NCBI GenBank assembly: GCA_964016885.1
Contig: OZ024754.1
Coordinates: 19,530,001 to 19,594,000 of the forward strand
DNA: 64,000 nucleotides
Source of the DNA: Eledone cirrhosa
Taxonomy: Eukaryota
Direction: 5' to 3'
A model generated the notes under the pieces. The model saw only the letters and a list, made by a program, of their open reading frames with translations, was not told where the DNA came from and did not search any database. The number at the start of each line of letters is the position of its first letter. The stretch's first letter is position 1. Made by a program: the position numbers and the translations under genes. Below are positions 1 to 14,000 of the stretch, one piece after another.

Positions 1-3000
1 CAGATCAAGTCACTTGCCAGACATCTACAACTCTGGCTAGAATGACTCTTCAATGATATAGTTACTTTAGTTTAAACACAATCTCAGATCAAGTCACTTG
101 CCAGACATCTTTAACTGGGGCTAAAATGACTCTTCCATGATATAGTTACTTTAGTTTCAACACAATCTAAGATCAAGTCAGTTACCAGACATGTACAACT
201 GTGGTTAGCATGACTCTTCAATGATATAGTTACTTTAGTTTCAACACAATCTCAGATCAAGTCACTTGCTAGACATGTGCAACTGTGGCTAAAATGACTC
301 TTCCATGATACAGTTACTTTAGTTTGAACACAGTGTTAGATCAAGTCACTTGCTAGACATGTACAACTGTGGCTAAAATGATTCTTCCATGATATAGTTA
401 CTTTAGTTTCAACACAGTCTCAGATCAAGTCACTTGCTAGACATGTACAACTGTGGCTAAAATGACTCGTCCATGATATAGTTACTTTAGTTTCAACACA
501 GTCTCAGATCAAGTCACTTGCCAGACATGTGCAACTGTGGCTAAAATGACTCTTCCATGATATAGTTACTTTAGTTTCAACACAGTCACAGATCAAGTCA
601 CTTACCAGGGATGTACAACTGTAGCTAAAATGACTCTTCCATGATATAGTTACTTTAGTTTCAACACAGTCACAGATCAAGTCACTTACCAGGGATGTAC
701 AACTGTAGCTAAAATGACTCTTCCATGATATAGTTACTTTAGTTTCAACACAGTCTCAGATCAAGTCACTTGCCAGACATGTACAACTGTGGCTAAAATG
801 ACTCTTCCATGATATAGTTACTTTAGTTTCAGCACAGTCTCAGATCAAGTCACTTACCAGACATGTACAACTGTGGCTAAAATGAATCTTCCATGATATA
901 GTTACTTTTGTTTCAACACAGTCTCAGATCAAGTCACTTGCTAGACATGTGCAACTGTGGCTAAAATGACTCTTCCATGATACAGTTACTTTAGATTGAA
1001 CACAGTCTTAGATCAAGTCACTGACCAGACATGTACAACTGTGGCTAAAATGACTCTTCCATGATATAGTTACTTTAGATTCAGCACAGTCTCAGATCAA
1101 GTCACTTACCAGACATGTACAACTGTGGCTAAAATGAATCTTCCATGATATAGTTACTTTTGTTTCAACACAGTCTCAGATCAAGTCACTTGCCAGACAT
1201 GTGCAACTGTGGCTAAAATGACTCTTCCATGATATAGTTACTTTAGTTTCAACACAGTCACAGATCAAGTCACTTACCAGGGATGTACAACTGTAGCTAA
1301 AATGACTCTTCCATGATATAGTTACTTTAGTTTCAACGCAGTCACAGATCAAGTGTCTTGCCGGACTTGTACAACAGTAGCAAAAATGACTCTTCCATGA
1401 TATAGTTACTTTAGTTTCAACACAACCTCAGATCAAGTCACTGTCCAGACATCAACAACTCTGGCTAGAATGACTCTTCCATGATATAGTTACTTTAGTT
1501 TCAACACAATCTCAGATCAAGTCACTTACCAGACATGTACAACTGTGGTTAGCATGACTCTTCAATGATATAGTTACTTTAGTTTCAACACAATCTCAGA
1601 TCAAGTCACTTGCTAGACATGTGCAACTGTGGCTAAAATGACTCTTCCATGATACAGTTACTTTAGATTGAACACAGTCTTAGATCAAGTCACTGACCAG
1701 ACATGTACAACTGTGGCTAAAATGACTCTTCCATGATATAGTTACTTTAGTTTCAACACAGTCTCAGATAAAGTCACTTGCCAGACATGTACAACTGTGG
1801 CTAAAATGACTGTTCCATGATATAGTTTCTTTAGTTTCAACACAGTCTCAGATCAAGTCACTTGCCAGACATGTACAACTCTGGCTAAAATGACTCTTCC
1901 ATGATATAGTTACTTTAGTTTCAACACAGTCTCAAATAAAGTCACTTGCCAGACATGTAAAACTGTGGCTAAAATGACTGTTCCATGATATAGTTACTTT
2001 AGTTTCAACACAATCTCAGATCAAGTCACTTACCATACATGTACAACTGTGGCTAGAATGACTCTTCCATGATATAGTTACTTTAGTTTCAACACAGTCT
2101 CAGATCAAGTCACTTGCCAGACATGTACAACTGTGACTAAAATGATTCTTCCATGATATAGTTACTTTAGTTTCAACGCAGTCACAGATCAAGTGTCTTG
2201 CCAGACATGTACAACAGTAGATAAAATGACTCTTCCATGATATAGTTACTTTAGTTTCAACACAGTCTCAGATCAAGTCACTTGCTAGACATGTGCAACT
2301 GTGGCTAAAATGATTCTGCCATGATATAGTTACTTTAGTTTCAACACAGTCTCAGATCAAGTCACTTGCCAGACATCTAGAACTGGGGCTAAAATGACTC
2401 TTCAGATCAAGAGTCTCAGATCAAGTCACTTGCCAGACATGTGCAACTGTGGCTAAAATGACTCTGCCATGATATAGTTACTTTAGTTTCAACACTGTCT
2501 CAGATCAAGTCACTTGCTAGACATGTACAACTGTGGCTAAAATGACTCTTCCATGATATAGTTACTTTAGTTTCAACACAGTCTCAGATCAAGTCACTTG
2601 CTAGACATGTACAACTGTGGCTAAAATGACTCTTCCATGATATAGTTACTTTAGTTTCAACACAGTCTCAGATCAAGTCACTTGCCAGACATGTGCAACT
2701 GTGGCTAAAATGACTCTTCCATGATATAGTTACTTTAGTTTCACACACAGTCACAGATCAAGTCACTTACCAGACATGTACAACTGTGGCTAAAATGACT
2801 CTTCCATGATATAGTTACTTTAGTTTCAACACAGTCACAGATCAAGTCACTTACCAGGGATGTACAACTGTGGCTAAAATGACTCTTCCATGATATAGTT
2901 GCTTTAGTTTCAACACAGTCTCAGATCAAGTCACTTGCTAGACATGTGCAACTGTGGCTACAATGACTCTTCCATGATATAGTTACTTTAGTTTCAACAC

Positions 3001-6000
3001 AGTCTCAGATCAAGTCACTTGCCAGACATGTACAACTGTGGCTAAAATGACTCTTCCATGATATAGTTACTTTAGTTTCAACACAGTCTCAGATCAAGTC
3101 ACTTGCCAGACATGTACAACTGTGACTAAAATGATTCTTCCATGATATAGTTACTTTAGTTTCAACGCAGTCACAGATCAAGTGTCTTGCCAGACATGTA
3201 CAACAGTAGCTAAAATGACTCTTCCATGATATAGTTACTTTAGTTTCAACACAGTCACAGATCAAGTCACTTACCAGGGATGTACAACTGTAGCTAAAAT
3301 GACTCTTCCATGATATAGTTACTTTAGTTTCAACACAGTCACAGATCAAGTCACTTACCAGGGATGTACAACTGTGGCTAAAATGACTCTTCCATGATAT
3401 AGTTACTTTAGTTTGAACACAGTCTCAGATCAAGTCACTTGCTAGACATGTGCAACTGTGGCTAAAATGAATCTTCCATGATATAGTTACTTTAGTTTCA
3501 ACACAGTCACAGATCAAGTCACTTACCAGACATGTACAACTGTGGCTAAAATGACTCTTCCATGATATAGTTACTTTAGTTTCAACACAGTCACAGATCA
3601 TGTCACTTGCCAGACATGTACAACTGTAGCTAAAATGACTCTTCCATGATATAGTTACTTTAGTTTCAACACAGTCTCAGATCAAGTAACTTGCCTGACA
3701 TGTACAACTGTGGCTAAAATGACTCTTCCATGATATAGTTACTTTAGTTTCAACACAGTCTCAGATCAAGTCACTTGCCAGACATGTACAACTGTGACTA
3801 AAATGATTCTTCCATGATATAGTTACTTTAGTTTCAACGCAGTCACAGATCAAGTGTCTTGCCGGACATGTACAACAGTAGCTAAAATGACTCTTCCATG
3901 ATATAGTTACTTTAGTTTCAACACAACCTCAGATCAAGTCACTTGCCAGACATCTACAACTCTGGCTAGAATGACTCTTCAATGATATAGTTACTTTAGT
4001 TTAAACACAATCTCAGATCAAGTCACTTGCCAGACATCTTTAACTGGGGCTAAAATGACTCTTCCATGATATAGTTACTTTAGTTTCAACACAATCTAAG
4101 ATCAAGTCAGTTACCAGACATGTACAACTGTGGTTAGCATGACTCTTCAATGATATAGTTACTTTAGTTTCAACACAATCTCAGATCAAGTCACTTGCTA
4201 GACATGTGCAACTGTGGCTAAAATGACTCTTCCATGATACAGTTACTTTAGTTTGAACACAGTGTTAGATCAAGTCACTTGCTAGACATGTACAACTGTG
4301 GCTAAAATGATTCTTCCATGATATAGTTACTTTAGTTTCAACACAGTCTCAGATCAAGTCACTTGCTAGACATGTACAACTGTGGCTAAAATGACTCGTC
4401 CATGATATAGTTACTTTAGTTTCAACACAGTCTCAGATCAAGTCACTTGCCAGACATGTGCAACTGTGGCTAAAATGACTCTTCCATGATATAGTTACTT
4501 TAGTTTCAACACAGTCACAGATCAAGTCACTTACCAGGGATGTACAACTGTAGCTAAAATGACTCTTCCATGATATAGTTACTTTAGTTTCAACACAGTC
4601 ACAGATCAAGTCACTTACCAGGGATGTACAACTGTAGCTAAAATGACTCTTCCATGATATAGTTACTTTAGTTTCAACACAGTCTCAGATCAAGTCACTT
4701 GCCAGACATGTACAACTGTGGCTAAAATGACTCTTCCATGATATAGTTACTTTAGTTTCAGCACAGTCTCAGATCAAGTCACTTACCAGACATGTACAAC
4801 TGTGGCTAAAATGAATCTTCCATGATATAGTTACTTTTGTTTCAACACAGTCTCAGATCAAGTCACTTGCTAGACATGTGCAACTGTGGCTAAAATGACT
4901 CTTCCATGATACAGTTACTTTAGATTGAACACAGTCTTAGATCAAGTCACTGACCAGACATGTACAACTGTGGCTAAAATGACTCTTCCATGATATAGTT
5001 ACTTTAGATTCAGCACAGTCTCAGATCAAGTCACTTACCAGACATGTACAACTGTGGCTAAAATGAATCTTCCATGATATAGTTACTTTTGTTTCAACAC
5101 AGTCTCAGATCAAGTCACTTGCCAGACATGTGCAACTGTGGCTAAAATGACTCTTCCATGATATAGTTACTTTAGTTTCAACACAGTCACAGATCAAGTC
5201 ACTTACCAGGGATGTACAACTGTAGCTAAAATGACTCTTCCATGATATAGTTACTTTAGTTTCAACGCAGTCACAGATCAAGTGTCTTGCCGGACTTGTA
5301 CAACAGTAGCAAAAATGACTCTTCCATGATATAGTTACTTTAGTTTCAACACAACCTCAGATCAAGTCACTGTCCAGACATCAACAACTCTGGCTAGAAT
5401 GACTCTTCCATGATATAGTTACTTTAGTTTCAACACAATCTCAGATCAAGTCACTTACCAGACATGTACAACTGTGGTTAGCATGACTCTTCAATGATAT
5501 AGTTACTTTAGTTTCAACACAATCTCAGATCAAGTCACTTGCTAGACATGTGCAACTGTGGCTAAAATGACTCTTCCATGATACAGTTACTTTAGATTGA
5601 ACACAGTCTTAGATCAAGTCACTGACCAGACATGTACAACTGTGGCTAAAATGACTCTTCCATGATATAGTTACTTTAGTTTCAACACAGTCTCAGATAA
5701 AGTCACTTGCCAGACATGTACAACTGTGGCTAAAATGACTGTTCCATGATATAGTTTCTTTAGCTTCAACACAGTCTCAGATCAAGTCACTTGCCAGACA
5801 TGTACAACTCTGGCTAAAATGACTCTTCCATGATATAGTTACTTTAGTTTCAACACAGTCTCAAATAAAGTCACTTGCCAGACATGTAAAACTGTGGCTA
5901 AAATGACTGTTCCATGATATAGTTACTTTAGTTTCAACACAATCTCAGATCAAGTCACTTACCATACATGTACAACTGTGGCTAGAATGACTCTTCCATG

Positions 6001-7200
6001 ATATAGTTACTTTAGTTTCAACACAGTCTCAGATCAAGTCACTTGCCAGACATGTACAACTGTGACTAAAATGATTCTTCCATGATATAGTTACTTTAGT
6101 TTCAACGCAGTCACAGATCAAGTGTCTTGCCAGACATGTACAACAGTAGATAAAATGACTCTTCCATGATATAGTTACTTTAGTTTCAACACAGTCTCAG
6201 ATCAAGTCACTTGCTAGACATGTGCAACTGTGGCTAAAATGATTCTGCCATGATATAGTTACTTTAGTTTCAACACAGTCTCAGATCAAGTCACTTGCCA
6301 GACATCTAGAACTGGGGCTAAAATGACTCTTCAGATCAAGAGTCTCAGATCAAGTCACTTGCCAGACATGTGCAACTGTGGCTAAAATGACTCTGCCATG
6401 ATATAGTTACTTTAGTTTCAACACTGTCTCAGATCAAGTCACTTGCTAGACATGTACAACTGTGGCTAAAATGACTCTTCCATGATATAGTTACTTTAGT
6501 TTCAACACAGTCTCAGATCAAGTCACTTGCTAGACATGTACAACTGTGGCTAAAATGACTCTTCCATGATATAGTTACTTTAGTTTCAACACAGTCTCAG
6601 ATCAAGTCACTTGCCAGACATGTGCAACTGTGGCTAAAATGACTCTTCCATGATATAGTTACTTTAGTTTCACACACAGTCACAGATCAAGTCACTTACC
6701 AGACATGTACAACTGTGGCTAAAATGACTCTTCCATGATATAGTTACTTTAGTTTCAACACAGTCACAGATCAAGTCACTTACCAGGGATGTACAACTGT
6801 GGCTAAAATGACTCTTCCATGATATAGTTGCTTTAGTTTCAACACAGTCTCAGATCAAGTCACTTGCTAGACATGTGCAACTGTGGCTACAATGACTCTT
6901 CCATGATATAGTTACTTTAGTTTCAACACAGTCTCAGATCAAGTCACTTGCCAGACATGTACAACTGTGGCTAAAATGACTCTTCCATGATATAGTTACT
7001 TTAGTTTCAACACAGTCTCAGATCAAGTCACTTGCCAGACATGTACAACTGTGACTAAAATGATTCTTCCATGATATAGTTACTTTAGTTTCAACGCAGT
7101 CACAGATCAAGTGTCTTGCCAGACATGTACAACAGTAGCTAAAATGACTCTTCCATGATGTAGTTACTTTAGTTTCAACACAGTCACAGATCAAGTCACT
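1..7200. repeat. Higher-order duplication, period 3929 bp (47 monomer-equivalents), ~1.8 copies visible
   Basis: Position 1 matches 3930; the junction TTCAGATCAAGAGTCTC lies at 2401 and 6330. 47x84 - 20 (junction) + 1 (TTTCACACACAG insertion) = 3929. The match breaks down at ~7160-7200. Confidence 0.93.
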
Positions 7201-10200
7201 TGCTAGACATATACAACTGTGGCTAAAATGACTCGTCCATGATATAGTTACTTTAGTTTCAACACAGTCTCAGATCAAGTCACTTGCCAGACATGTGCAA
7301 CTGTGGCTAAAATGACTCTTCCATGATATAGTTACTTTAGTTTCAACACAGTCACAGATCAAGTCACTTACCAGGGATGTACAACTGTAGCTAAAATGAC
7401 TCTGCCATGATATAGTTAATTTAGTTTCAACACAGTCTCAGATCAAGTCACTTGCTAGACATGTGCAACTGTGGCTAAAATGACTCTTCCATGATACAGT
7501 TACTTTAGATTGAACACATTCTTAGATCAAGTCACTGACCAGACATGTACAACTGTGGCTAAAATGAGTCTACCATGATATAGTTACTTTAGTTTCAGCA
7601 CAGTCTCAGATCAAGTCACTTACCAGACATGTACAACTGTGGCTAAAATGAATCTTCCATGATATAGTTACTTTTGTTTCAACACAGTCTCAGATCAAGT
7701 CACTTGCCAGATATGTGCAACTGTGGCTAAAATGACTCTTCCATGATATAGTTACTTTAGTTTCAACACAGTCACAGATCAAGTCACTTACCAGGGATGT
7801 ACAACTGTAGCTAAAATGACTCTTCCATGATATACTTACTTTAGTTTCAACACAGTCACAGATCAAGTCACTTACCAGGGATGTACAACTGTAGCTAAAA
7901 TGACTCTTCCATGATATAGTTACTTTAGTTTCAACGCAGTCACAGATCAAGTGTCTTGCCGGACTTGTACAACAGTAGCAAAAATGACTCTTCCATGATA
8001 TAGTTACTTTAGTTTCAACACAACCTCAGATCAAGTCACTGGCCAGACATCAACAACTCTGGCTAGAATGACTCTTCCATGATATAGTTACTTTAGTTTC
8101 AACACAATCTCAGATCAAGTCACTTACCAGACATGTACAACTGTGGTTAGCATGACTCTTCTATGATATAGTTACTTTAGTTTCAACACAATCTCAGATC
8201 AAGTCACTTGCTAGACATGTGCAACTGTGGCTAAAATGACTCTTCCATGATATAGTTACTTTAGTTTCAACACAGTCTCAGATCAAGTCACTTGCCAGAC
8301 ATGTACAACTGTGGCTAAAATGACTGTTCCATGATATAGTTTCTTTAGTTTCAACACAGTCTCAGATCAAGTCACTTGCCAGACATGTACAACTCTGGCT
8401 AAAATGACTCTTCCATGATATAGTTACTTTAGTTTCAACACAGTCTCAAATAAAGTCACTTGCCAGACATGTACAACTGTGGCTAAAATGACTGTTCCAT
8501 GATATAGTTACTTTAGTTTCAACACAATCTCAGATCAAGTCACTTACCATACATGTACAACTGTGGCTAGAATGACTCTTCCATGATATAATTACTTTAG
8601 TTTCAACACAGTCTCAGATCAAGTCACTTGCCAGACATGTACAACTGTGACTAAAATGATTCTTCCATGATATAGTTACTTTAGTTTCAACGCAGTCACA
8701 GATCAAGTGTCTTGCCAGACATGTACAACAGTAGATAAAATGACTCTTCCATGATATAGTTACTTTAGTTTCAACACAGTCTCAGATCAAGTCACTTGCC
8801 AGACATCTACAACTGGGGCTAAAATGACTCTTCAGATCAAGAGTCTCAGATCAAGTCACTTGCCAGACATGTGCAACTGTGGCTAAAATGACTCTTCCAT
8901 GATATAGTTACTTTAGTTTCAACACAGTCTCAGATCAAGTCACTTGCTAGACATGTACAACTGTGGCTAAAATGACTCTTCCATGATATAGTTACTTTAG
9001 TTTCAACACAGTCTCAGATCAAGTCACTTGCTAGACATGTACAACTGTGGCTAAAATGACTCTTCCATGATATAGTTACTTTAGTTTCAACACAGTCTCA
9101 GATCAAGTCACTTGCCAGACATGTGCAACTGTGGCTAAAATGACTCTTCCATGATATAGTTACTTTAGTTTCAACACAGTCACAGATCAAGTCACTTACC
9201 AGACATGTACAACTGTGGCTAAAATGACTCTTCCATGATATAGTTACTTTAGTTTCAACACAGTCACAGATCAAGTCACTTACCAGGGATGTACAACTGT
9301 GGCTAAAATGACTCTTCCATGATATAGTTGCTTTAGTTTCAACACAGTCTCAGATCAAGTCACTTGCTAGACATGTTCAACTGTGGCTAAAATGACTCTT
9401 CCATGATATAGTTACTTTAGTTTCAACACAGTCTCAGATCAAGTCACTTGCCAGACATGTACAACTGTGGCTAAAATGACTCTTCCATGATATAGTTACT
9501 TTAGTTTCAACACAGTCTCAGATCAAGTCACTTGCCAGACATGTACAACTGTGACTAAAATGATTCTTCCATGATATAGTTACTTTAGTTTCAACGCAGT
9601 CACAGATCAAGTGTCTTGCCAGACATGTACAACAGTAGCTAAAATGACTCTTCCATGATGTAGTTACTTTAGTTTCAACACAGTCACAGATCAAGTCACT
9701 TACCAGACATGTACAACTGTGACTAAAATGATTCTTCCATGATATAGTTACTTTAGTTTCAACGCAGTCTCAGATAAAGTCACTTGCCAGACATGTACAA
9801 CTGTGGCTAAAATGACTGTTCCATGATATAGCTACTTTAGTTTCAACACAGTCTCAGATCAAGTCACTTACTAGACATGTGCAACTGTGTTTAAAATGAC
9901 TCTTCCATGATACAGTTACTTTAGTTTGAACACAGTCTTAGATCAAGTCACTGACCAGACATGTACAACTGTGGCTAAAATGACTCTTCCATGATATAGT
10001 TACTTTAGTTTCAACACAGTCTCAGATAAAGTCACTTGCCAGACATGTACAACTGTGGCTAAAATGACTGTTCCATGATATAGTTTCTTTAGTTTCAACA
10101 CAGTCTCAGATCAAGTCACTTGCCAGACATGTACAACTCTGGCTAAAATGACTCTTCCATGATATATTTACTTTAGTTTCAACGCAGTCACAGATCAAGT

Positions 10201-11048
10201 GTCTTGCCAGACATGTACAACAGTAGCTAAAATGACTCTTCCGTGATATAGTTACTTTAGTTTCAACACAATCTCAGATCAAGTCACTTACCAGACATGT
10301 ACAACTGTGACTAAAATGATTCTTCCATGATATAGTTACTTTAGTTTCAACGCAGTCTCAGATAAAGTCACTTGCCAGACATGTACAACTGTGGCTAAAA
10401 TGACTGTTCCATGATATAGTTACTTTAGTTTCAACACAATCTCAGATCAAGTCACTTATCATACATGTACAACTGTGACTAAAATGATTGTTCCATGATA
10501 TAGTTACTTTAGTTTCAACACAGTCTCAGATCAAGTCACTTGCCAGACATGTACAACTGTGACTAAAATGATTCTTCCATGATATAGTTACTTTAGTTTC
10601 AACGCAGTCACAGAACAAGTGTCTTGCCAGACATGTACAACAGTAGTTAAAATGACTCTTCCATGATATAGTTACTTTAGATTCAACACAATCTCAGATC
10701 AAGTCACTTACCAGACATGTACAACTGTGGCTAGAATGACTCTTCAATGATATAGTTACTTTAGTTTCAACACAATCTCAGATCAAGTCACTTGCTAGAC
10801 ATGTGCAACTGTGGCTAAAATGAGTCTTCCATGATACAGTTACTTTAGTTTGAACACAGTGTTAGATCAAGTCACTGACCAGACATGTACAAATGTGGCT
10901 AAAATGACTCTTCCATGATATAGTTACTTTAGCTTCCACACAGTCTCAGATAAAGTCACTTGCCAGACATGTACAACTGTGGCTAAAATGACTGTTCCAT
11001 GATATAGTTTCTTTAGTTTCAACACAGTCCCAGATCAAGTCACTTACC

Positions 11049-14000
11049 AGACATGTACAACTGTGACTAAAATGAATCTTCCATGATATAGTTACTTTAG
11101 TTTCAACGCAGTCACAGATCAAGTGTCTTGCCAGACATGTACAACAGTAGCTAAAATGACTCTTCCATGATATAGTTACTTTAGTTTCAACACAGTCTCA
11201 GATCAAGTCACTTGCCAGACATGTGTAACTGTGGCTAAAATGACTCTGCCATGATATAGTTACTTTAGTTTCAACACAGTCTCAGATCAAGTCACTTGCT
11301 AGACATGTACAATTGTGGCTAAAATGACTCTTCCATGATATAGTTACTTTAGTTTCAACACAGTCTCAGATCAAGTCACTTGCCAGACATGTGCAACTGT
11401 GGCTAAAATGACTCTTCCATGATATAGTTACTTTAGTTTCAACACAGTCTCAGATCAAGTCACTTGCCAGACATGTACAACTGTGGCTAAAATGACTCTT
11501 CCATGATATAGTTACTTTAGTTTCAGCACAGTCTCAGATCAAGTCACTTACCAGATATGTACAACTGTGGCTAAAATGAATCTTCCATGATATAGTTACT
11601 TTTGTTTCAACACAGTCTCAGATCAAGTCACTTGCCACACATGTACAACTGTGACTAAAATGATTCTTCCATGATATAGTTACTTTAGTTTCAACGCAGT
11701 CACAGATCAAGTGTCTTGCCGGACTTGTACAACAGTAGCAAAAATGACTCTTCCATGATATAGTTACTTTAGTTTCAACACAACCTCAGATCAAGTCACT
11801 TGCCAGACATCAACAACTCTGGCTAGAATGACTCTTCCATGATATAGTTACTTTAGTTTCAACACAATCTCAGATCAAGTCACTTACCAGACATGTACAA
11901 CTGTGGTTAGCATGACTCTTTAATGATATAGTTACTTTAGTTTCAACACAATCTCAGATCAAGTCACTTGCTAGACATGCGCAACTGTGGCTAAAATGAC
12001 TCTTCCATGATACAGTTACTTTAGATTGAACACAGTCTTAGATCAAGTCACTGACCAGACATGTACAACTGTGGCTAAAATGACTCTTCCATGATATAGT
12101 TACTTTAGTTTCAACACAGTCTCAGATAAAGTCACTTGCCAGACATGTACAACTGTGGCTAAAATGACACTACCATGATATAGTTACTTTAGTTTCAACA
12201 CAATCTCAGATCAAGTCACTTGCCAGACATATACAACTGTAGCTAAAATGAATCTTCCATGATATAGTACTTTAGTTTCAACACAGTCTCAGATCAAGTC
12301 ACTTGCCAGACATGTATAACTGTGGCTAAAATGAATCTTCCATGATATAGTTACTTTAGTTTCAACACAATCTCAGATCAAGTCAGTTGCCAGACATGTA
12401 CAACTGTGTCTAAAATGTTTCTTCCATGATATAGTTACTTTAGTTTCAACACAGTCTCAGATCAATTCACTTACCAGACATGTACAGCTGTAGCTAAAAT
12501 GAATCTTCCATGATATAGTACTTTAGTTTCAACACAGTCTCAGATCAAGTCACTTGCCAGACATGTACATCTGTGGTTAAAATGACTCTTCCATGATATA
12601 GTTACTTTAGTTTCAACACAGTCTTATATCACATCACTTGCCAGACATGTAGAACTGTGACTAAAATGACTCTTCCATGATATAGTTACTTTAGTTTAAA
12701 CACAGTCTCAGATCAAGTCACTTGCCAGACATGTACAACTGTGGCTAAAATGACTGTTCCATTATATAGTTACTTTAGTTTCAACACAATCTCAGATCAA
12801 GTCACTTTCAAGGCATGTACAACTGTGGCTAAAATAACTCTTCCATGATATAGTTTCTTTAGTTTCAACACAGTCTCAGATCAAGTCACTTGCCAGACAT
12901 GTACAACTCTGGCTAAAATGACTCTTCCATGATATAGTTACTTTAGTTTCAACACAGTCTCAGATAAAGTCACTTGCCAGACATGTACAACTGTGGCTAA
13001 AATGACTGTTCCATGATATAGTTACTTTAGTTTCAACACAATCTCAGATCAAGTCACTTACCATACATGTACAACTGTGGCTAAAATGATTCTTCCATGA
13101 TATAGTTACTTTAGTTTCAACGCAGTCACAGATCAAGTGTCTTGCCAGACATGTACAACAGTAGATAAAATGACTCTTCCATGATATAGTTACTTTAGTT
13201 TCAACACAGTCTCAGATCAAGTCACTTGCCAGACATGTGCAACTGTGGCTAAAATGATTCTGCCATGATATAGTTACTTTAGTTTCAACACAGTCTCAGA
13301 TCAAGTCACTTGCCAGACATCTACAACTGGGGCTAAAATGACTCTTCAGATCAAGTGTCTCAGATCAAGTCACTTGCCAGACATGTGCAACTGTGGCTAA
13401 AATGACTCTGCCATGATATAGTTACTTTAGTTTCAACACAGTCTCAGATCAAGTCACTTGCTAGACATGTACAACTGTGACTAAAATGAATCTTCCATGA
13501 TATAGTTACTTTAGTTTCAACGCAGTCACAGATCAAGTGTCTTGCCAGACATGTACAACAGTAGCTAAAATGACTCTTCCATGATATAGTTACTTTAGTT
13601 TCAACACAGTCTCAGATCAAGTCACTTGCCAGACATGTGTAACTGTGGCTAAAATGACTCTGCCATGATATAGTTACTTTAGTTTCAACACAGTCTCAGA
13701 TCAAGTCACTTGCTAGACATGTACAATTGTGGCTAAAATGACTCTTCCATGATATAGTTACTTTAGTTTCAACACAGTCTCAGATCAAGTCACTTGCCAG
13801 ACATGTGCAACTGTGGCTAAAATGACTCTTCCATGATATAGTTACTTTAGTTTCAACACAGTCTCAGATCAAGTCACTTGCCAGACATGTACAACTGTGG
13901 CTAAAATGACTCTTCCATGATATAGTTACTTTAGTTTCAGCACAGTCTCAGATCAAGTCACTTACCAGATATGTACAACTGTGGCTAAAATGAATCTTCC

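Noticed and set aside
329-370. V(D)J RSS-like heptamer (CACAGTG here; CACAGTC/CACAGTT in the consensus on both strands)
   Set aside because: No ACAAAAACC-like nonamer was seen at 12- or 23-bp spacing in the positions checked.
763-788. p53-like half sites (GATCAAGTCA ... AGACATGTAC; several CWWG cores per monomer)
   Set aside because: The half sites have 1-3 mismatches, and the cores are 7, 9 or 16 bp apart rather than the canonical 10, so a chance match is likely.
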